A stretch of DNA of 64,000 bases, taken from the NCBI GenBank assembly GCA_964016885.1, contig OZ024742.1:112654001-112718000 (forward strand), written 5' to 3'. The notes below the pieces were generated by a model. The model was given only the letters and a program-made list of their open reading frames with translations, was not told where the DNA came from and did not search any database. Position 1 is the stretch's first letter. The number at the start of each line of letters is the position of its first letter. Below, in pieces: positions 56,820 to 64,000 of the stretch. The position numbers were made by a program, and so were the translations under genes. The stretch is from Eledone cirrhosa. Its lineage: Eukaryota.

Positions 56820-56910
56820 GTCGAGTTCTCACTAGCGGTCTCTGTCCCTCATTAACCCTGCCATGTCCGGCTAACCTCAGTCTCCTCTGTTTCACTTTTG
56901 AGTTGACTTC
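56820..56910 (-). mobile_element. Tiny LINE RT C-terminal fragment
   Basis: VKQRRLRLAGH motif typical of RTE-like LINEs. Confidence 0.45.
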
Positions 56911-57040
56911 CAAGATCATCTTATACACAACGACCGCATCAACAGTTTCACAAGACACAAGAGAGGACGAGAGGATTAGACCTGTTTTGTTCTCAGGACA
57001 TTATTTTAGTTTTTTGCTATTTCGTAGTCTCCTCTATCTT

Positions 57041-57073
<33 letters not shown>

Positions 57074-57079
<6 letters not shown>

Positions 57080-57631
57080 AAATGGGGAGAAGAATACTGC
57101 AGGTTGCACATGGATAACATGTTATAAAATGAGTACCTCATCAGTGATTTGCCAACGATCATAGATATTTCATTGCATTAAAAATCATATACCTCACGTT
57201 CGTGCAATAATAACTAAAGTAAGTTACTAGGACAATTAAAACGCGTAAACGAGTGAGACAAGTAAACAACAAAGAAAAAAGCTAACCGTAGATAGGAAGA
57301 GGCCCTAGCTACATAGTTATTCTGTCAGCATAAGCTGGGTGAATATATGAGCGCGTAAAAAATAGACCTTTCGAGATGAATTCAATGTAAGAAAGAAGGA
57401 AATTGTTTTCGTCGCGAACGGGGTGAAGTGAGAAGGGGAGAAACAGTGAGTGAGTGACTGGAAGTGTGAGGAAGAGGTCAGTAGAGAGAAACTGTTAACT
57501 GACATGACAGAGGGGGCGAAAGAAAGTAAGAGAAACAGAGAGAACGAGGGGGCAGTAAGAGAGAGAGAGAGAAAAACAGAATCGCAGTTTAGGTAAATAT
57601 ATGTGAAAAAATGGGGAGAAGAATACTGCAG
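57074..57631. mobile_element. Monomer of the ~524-bp family with a ~30-bp terminal direct repeat
   Basis: aaaatggggagaagaatactgcag at both ends; (TA)n flanks. Confidence 0.8.
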
Positions 57632-57734
57632 ATATATATATAACGAAGGAAATGTGGTAATGAACCAGATGGATCATAACAGACCAAAGTACTCAATACA
57701 TAGGGTAGTAGAGTGGGTAATAGGAACGAGTAGG

Positions 57735-57830
57735 ACCCCGACGTCTGAGCTCAAGCCGTTTCGACGGCTAATTCTGGACTAAATGAACATTTTTATCCTG
57801 GTAAATGAATAGCCGATCTTCTCAGGGGGT
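57735..57830 (-). ncRNA. Type I hammerhead-like motif in a fold-back element (arms 57724-57867 and 58108-58251)
   Basis: acccc-CTGAGAA-ga(t)cggcta...tagccgtc-GAAA-cggc ttgagctca gacGTC-ggggt. The partner at 58145-58240 has a perfect ACGGC/GCCGT stem III. Confidence 0.65.
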
Positions 57831-58429
57831 AATTCCATATATGGTAAAAGTGATTGTCACAAGGATTTTTCTATATATTTACTCCATATAGATTTACTTA
57901 TTGTTTTGACTTCCTCCCCCTCCCCCCTCTCTAGTATACTTCTCTTGACCTCTTATCCTTAGGATTCTACTGTAGTTGCCACTTTCAACGCACGACAGGG
58001 TTTCCTCCACTCACTCTCCCTCTTTCTTCTACTGTCAAGTTCAACTACCCCTTCCTTCCACAAAATGCCATGATAGAATTATGTGTCTCAACAACAAACT
58101 TTTGACCAATCCTTGTGACAATCACTTTTACCATATATGGTATTACCACATGAGAAGCTCGGCTATTCATTTACAAAGATAAACATTTTCATTTATTCCA
58201 GAATTAGCCGTCGAAACGGCATGAGCTCAGCCGTCGGGTTCCTACTCGTTCATATATATATATATATATAAATATGGGCTTTCCTCATGATTCCTTTCGA
58301 ATGAAACAGTTCTAGTCGTGTAGCAGCCATTGCTATTGTAAAAGTGCATACTTTGCTACGTATTGAGTACTTTACTTACTGTGGTTACCAAGATTAAACG
58401 TGGAGTACACACACACACACACACACACG

Positions 58430-58501
<72 letters not shown>

Positions 58502-58744
58502 CCACATTTTAAAGCAAAATCATCTTATAGACAACGACAGCATCAATAGATTTACAAGAGAGAACGAGAGGAATAGACCTTTTTTCTCAGGAAATGATTT
58601 TAGTTTTTTGCCATTTCGTAGTCTCCTTTATCTTTGTATTTCTCTTTTAATTTCTCATTCTAGAAAAGACTAGCGTCCGAAGTGGTAAGGTTCTTTCCCT
58701 TCTATTTCAAGCGTAAAACTAATAATTTATGTCTTCATTAAGTT

Positions 58745-59410
58745 CAATAATTGCAGGAACTAGTGCAGTTATGGGCCAGCCTTAGCATTCGGTAATCAGA
58801 AGAAGGTAGGCTGGCGTAAAAGCCAAACTCGCTATCTTCAATGTGGTATTCGTTGTAACACTTACCACTGGTCATGTTTCTTGTGTAATAATTGTTTTTA
58901 CTGTTGGCACAATGCCAACAAATCACCAGTGTATTACTGGTACTTTATTTTATCGACCCCATAAGGATGAAAGGCAAAGTTAACATCGGCGGGCTTTGAA
59001 CTCAGAATGGCAAGGGGCGTAACTCAATGCGTCAAAGCATTGCGTCCGACCCTCTACCGATACTGCCACAATGATAGCGAATACATGCGTCCGAAATCGT
59101 GTTCCTCCAAATGTCTTTGGAATAACGTAACCCGATCGAGTGCGTAGCTGCGAGATCAGATTGCCACTGCTTCACAGCTCCGATACTTTTGAGATGTGGT
59201 TAAAAGGTCTTAGGAAAAACTCGCTGGACAGATTATACGGACATCACCAACAGGTAGGAGACCGAGGGGTAGACCCCGAACAAATGGTTGGATAACATCC
59301 ACAAGCAAGGCTGGTCCCGCATGGAGATTCATGAGGAACAGTTGGATCGGGTTGCTTCTGACAGGATCCGCTGTAAGGAATGTTTGAGGATTCTGCTCCC
59401 ATGACTCTCT
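58745..59410 (+). mobile_element. Decayed RTE-like LINE 3' fragment interrupted by a SINE
   Basis: RRPRGRPRTKWLDNIH-like translation; homologous to 48130-49010. Confidence 0.6.
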
Positions 59411-59452
59411 GAGGAATAAATGGTCGCAGACAACGAAGAAGAAGAAAAAGAA

Positions 59453-59453
<1 letters not shown>

Positions 59454-59507
<54 letters not shown>

Positions 59508-62500
59508 CTTTATTTATTAACCACAAGGGTTTACATAAAGTAGACATTAAGGACAGTACAAGACAATACAAGACGGTACAAATGGACATTTCTGCGTTTA
59601 AAAAAAAATAAAAAAACAGAGGAAGTAACACAAAAATAACAATGAAAAATTCCCCAATAGGAGGGGAGACTTCCGAGGGACATTTGTAGAGATAACCCAT
59701 TAAAAGGCCACAGTGACCATGACCACCACAGCAAGTGCCTTCTTCCAGTTTTCAACCTTTAATTTACAGACACATACTCAGAGTAGGCCCATTCACTCGG
59801 GCCATTCTTACCTCTCTCTCACCCATCTTTCAACAAAATGCTGAGGAGAGAGCACTTCTCTCTCTACCCTGATTTTCCTTTTCACAGGGAATTTGAAAAA
59901 TCAATCCGGGTGACACCGACGAGGTAAGTGCTCGTCCTCAGCCCTTTCAAACGTGTACACCGTACTATCTCTTTCGCCATGGCCACCAGACTATAAAAAC
60001 TTCCTGCTCTTCCCGGCTAAAGGAAGACGGCTAGACATTCGTCACGAAGGACTCAGCTGATAGCTGGATCAGCCTACACGCGACAGCAGGTGTTCAACTT
60101 AAACCCACAAGTCAGCAATGCTCGGACACTGGACGAGTGCGTGCAGGACGGTTTCGTCGCCCTGCGCGCATCTCGGACATGCCCCGTTGACGGCACCTCC
60201 ATGCCTGTAGAGTTTACCCCGAACTGGCAAATCTTCTAAGTAGCACTGCCAGGCCAGGGATTTCTGGAAGTTGTCGATAGGCCCCGGCCCGAAAGTTCTT
60301 CGGAAGAGATTGGCTAGTTGATTTTCGTCGACGCCTAGAGTTTCTCCAAGTATGTCGTCGCTCTTCCCCTCCACTAATGCTCTATAGAACGCCAAGGAGG
60401 AGTTTCAACCGATCACATTGCCCAATTGGTCGAGGATTGTGAGCGCCTGAAGACATTCCAGTCTCCAAGCGTTCCCTCTCGGTCTTCGCTTGACCCATGA
60501 CTGCAGATCCGTCAAGGAGACGAGCTGGGGAAAGGCACGTTTAGCAAACGGCGACCACACCTGATCACCGTCGAGGAAGAGGTGGAGATGTCGTAGCCTG
60601 AGTGCGTGTCTGCGCATCATGAGCCACGGCATGCCCAGCCCTCTACGTAGCGGGATTTGACAGCAGATTGACCGCCTGACCATCGGAGTGCGTCCTTTCC
60701 TCAAAATGTGAAAGCGCAAACGCACCAGTGCAGTTAGGGGGGTGGGGGAGGGGGCTTAGGGCAAGGTACGACGGTCAAGCGGTAGTAGATTGCGGACATG
60801 AGATACGTGTTAGCCACCTCCGCTCGACCTTTCAGGGATAGCTTCCACAGGACATTTCTGGGTGAGAGAAGCCAACCTGCTCGTCACCTCGTCCAAGTTT
60901 TTGTCCGACTGGAGGTCCGGACCGAACCAGACCCCTAGCAATTTAACCGGTCCGTCCGTCCAGCGCTCGACTACGCAGTTGGACGGCATGGACCTGCCTC
61001 TCCAGCTGCTGAGCTGCAGGCCCACTGACTGTTCCTGGTTGATCATTGCTCCTGTCACCGCTTCGTATTTTCTTAGTGTAGTGCCGATCGCCTCGATGTG
61101 TTTGGCGTTCGACAGCACTGCGGTAACATCGTCCGCATATGCTGACACGGATCTTCCGCATCCTAGTTCTCGCGGGACCTCCCTCAAAGTCTCCAATTTG
61201 TGCAGTAATGGCTTGAGAGTCAATACGTACAAGAGGGACGAGAGGGGACATCCTTGGCGGACCGAGCGCATGATGATGAACGGTTCCGAAAGGTGACCGT
61301 TCACTCCTACAACAGAGCAGATGTCGCTGTGCGTGGCAGCGATCCAGCCTCTGAAGACGGTCCCAAAGCCAGCCGCCCTCAGGACTGCCTCTAGGTAACG
61401 ATGGTCGAACCTATCGAAAACTTTCGACTGATCTAAATTGACCAAGGACCCACCCGTGCCAGGTTCCCTAGCTACCCTCTCCACGATGTATCGCATGAGG
61501 TGGAGGTTGTCGTGGATGGATCTGTCGGGAATGGCGCATGTCTGCGCCTCACTCCCCCGACCACCAACGACAAACGCCAAGCTCTTTGCTAGCAACTTGG
61601 CCAACATCTTTAACGCTTGTTTAGCAGAGTTATGGGCCTAAAATGTTATCCCACTTGTTCAGATACTTTCTCTGCAGCGCCACAGCTCCTCGGCTCACAG
61701 AACTGGAAATTCTCCCGTTCAGTTTCCGGTTGGCGTAGACATCCGCCAAGTGCCTCCGAACAAGTCTGGCATGTGTACGTAATGTTCTAGGGCAGACCAT
61801 CCAAACCAGGCGATTTACCCCTTGTGTACCCAGTCATTGCCTCCCGTACTTCAGCGGCTGTTATCGGCTTTTGGCAAACTTCGTCTCAGTGGCCGAGAGC
61901 CGCGGGAGTCCGTCGAAGTAGACACCAAAGACCATCCCTCGATCCGGCCCGACACTGACCCCGAACAGCTGAGCGAAGTGTCGCTGAAAAGCTTCACACA
62001 TTTGCCCGGGATCGAGTAGCATGCGCCCGTCGTGGTCCACCAAAGACCGGATCGTGGCTTTGTTGCCACGACGCGCGTCCGCCACTCGGGCCCATTGAAC
62101 GGCTTTCGTCCCCTCGTGTCTGAGAACACGCACCCTAGATTTTACAACGCAGCCTTCGTGTTTTGCATTGAAGAATTGGTCAAGGGCCAATCTTTCCACA
62201 AGTACGTCGGTCGCGATGTCTTTGTCAAGCGCCTCGTCTAATTTTCTAACTAATTCTCCCTCTGCTCTATTTTTCTCTATTGCTAAAGCCTTACTAAACC
62301 TAATGGACTCTATTCTAATTGCTCTTTTCAGAGCAAACCACCACTTGTTGTTGACGATGGCCCTCGTCAACGCCCGCTTAACTAGTTGGCTAATCCGGTC
62401 TCTGTAGGCCTTGCGCGCTGGTAAGGACGCGTTTAGCTTCCAGTAGCCGGGTCCCCGTCTATGAAGCCTATCAAAGTCAAGCACACATATCACGAATTTG

Positions 62501-64000
62501 TGGTCCGTGTAGCTGACTATATTGAATTTTGGACAGCCTATTCTAGACTTATCTATTTCCCTACAACATACTCTATCTAGATATGATCTGGATGACCCTA
62601 TGCGATTTGTCCAAGTCCACATTGGTACATTCGGGAAATCCAATCGGTACCTGTTAGACAGTTCAAAACGCCTGAGCAGGTTGGTGAGGCTCTTGGACCC
62701 TCCACCCCTATCCACTAATCCAACACAGTCCCAGCGTGCATCTAATATGCCGTTCCAGTCTCCCACTAGCACTAAAGAGCGGGACGTTCCAAGAAAGGTC
62801 TCCAGACCCCGGAAGAAATCAGGCCGCCCTGCTCCTGTCGGGGCATAGACGGCCACTAGCGAATGCTTGCCCGTCTCGTTGGTCACGTCCAGATCCACCG
62901 ACTTAACTTCTGGGTACAGAAAGATTGCCCGTATGGCGAGATCCAAACCTCTCTGAAAAAGCACAGCAACTCCTCCCCGATACAGGACTGTTGGGAGATG
63001 CGTACACATCGTAGCCGCCGAAGATCGGTGCGAAGGCCCGTGCTTCGGAGATTCTGGTCTCGCTGATGGCCACTTCATCTATGTTTAGTGACCCGAGGTC
63101 GTTGAGCAGGTGGCCCTCCTTCAGTGACGACCCAAAGCCACGCGCATTTATGCTGCCTATTCTGAGTGAGGTCATGTTGAAGTGGAGTGGAAAATATGGG
63201 AAAGACCACCTCCCTTACTTCTCGTAGAGGAAGGATAGTTTGTCCATCCTTTTCACTGCTTGTGGCCTCCCCCGGAAGGATGTCCTTATAAATCCTCCTG
63301 GAGTGTGTTTGTCGGAAGTCTCCGATGTCTTTGAGGAATTTTTGTTTTAGTGTCGTGTACGTTTTCTGCGTGATGCGAGTAATTTCTATATGTGGAGCTG
63401 GTGTGAACTTTTGGGTTTTTGTGTAGTCCTTTTCTGTGATGCTGGTTTGTGTTGGATGTAGTGTAATAATTGGTTGTTGTTCAAATGTATTGCTGTGTAG
63501 TGTGTATCATTTTGGTTATTTTGTTTGTTTGCGTTTGTTGTGGGTTTGTTTCTGTTTTGATTTTTGGTGACTTTTGTGATGTTGGTGATGGTGGTGTTGG
63601 GGTTAATGATGGTGATGGTGTTGGTGTTTATGGTAATGGGGTTGGTGATGCTGGTGTGAATGGTGGCATACCTGGGCTAACTTTTTTGTTTGATAGTTTA
63701 TTTGATTTCCACTGTAATTTGTTTTTGGAGGGGTTGATTGGGATCTTTTTGGGGGGGTTTCTTTTTCTTTTTTTCGTTTTTTCTGATACCGTTTCCCACT
63801 CCTCATCGTCACAATCTGTCTCCAGTTGCGATAGGTCGGGGAGTGGAAAATCCTCCACAGGCGTTGGTTTTGGGTTGTGGCGTGGTAGATGGTGTAGGCG
63901 CTGGTGCTAGTTCTGGCGCGTTGGGTGCTGGTGGTGTTGCTTTTGCTACTATTGCTGGGTTTGTTGCTGTGACAGTTGCTTTTGTTGTTGCTGCTACAGT
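59454..64000 (-). mobile_element. Tx1/L1-clade LINE, frameshifted, running off the window end
   Basis: ORF2 from 63175 (SINARG, ISET, GDWN, SYLD, TDH APE endonuclease; LDQSKVFDR, VRQGCPLS, YADD RT; CPRC zinc motif). Low-complexity ORF1 remnant above 63200. AATAAA followed by an (ATT)n tail at 59454-59506. Confidence 0.92.

Overview
AT-rich eukaryotic non-coding DNA with no intact host gene that I can recognise. The dense (TA)n microsatellites and SINE types suggest an octopus or other cephalopod genome (inference). The window is a nest of retroelements inserted into (TA)n tracts. It holds one near-intact Penelope-like element (PLE; RT plus C-terminal GIY-YIG, 15424-20137, tandem pseudo-LTRs), several decayed or folded-back PLEs, two Tx1-like LINEs, RTE-like fragments and tRNA-derived SINEs. 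Three things stand out. (1) Reading both strands by eye gives close to 30 type I hammerhead-ribozyme-like motifs in about 11 sequence families, roughly a dozen with an intact CUGANGA/GAAA/NUH core. They include a tandem retrozyme-like repeat and palindromic double-hammerhead mini-elements. (2) Many insertions are 'tail-out' fold-backs, with a 3' end at each (TA)n flank. (3) Near-identical inverted copies of neighbouring host DNA are fused to or embedded in retroelements through short microhomologies, which suggests template switching onto the flank during insertion. All alignments and folds were made by eye, so boundaries are approximate. Most ORFs in the supplied track are microsatellite artefacts.
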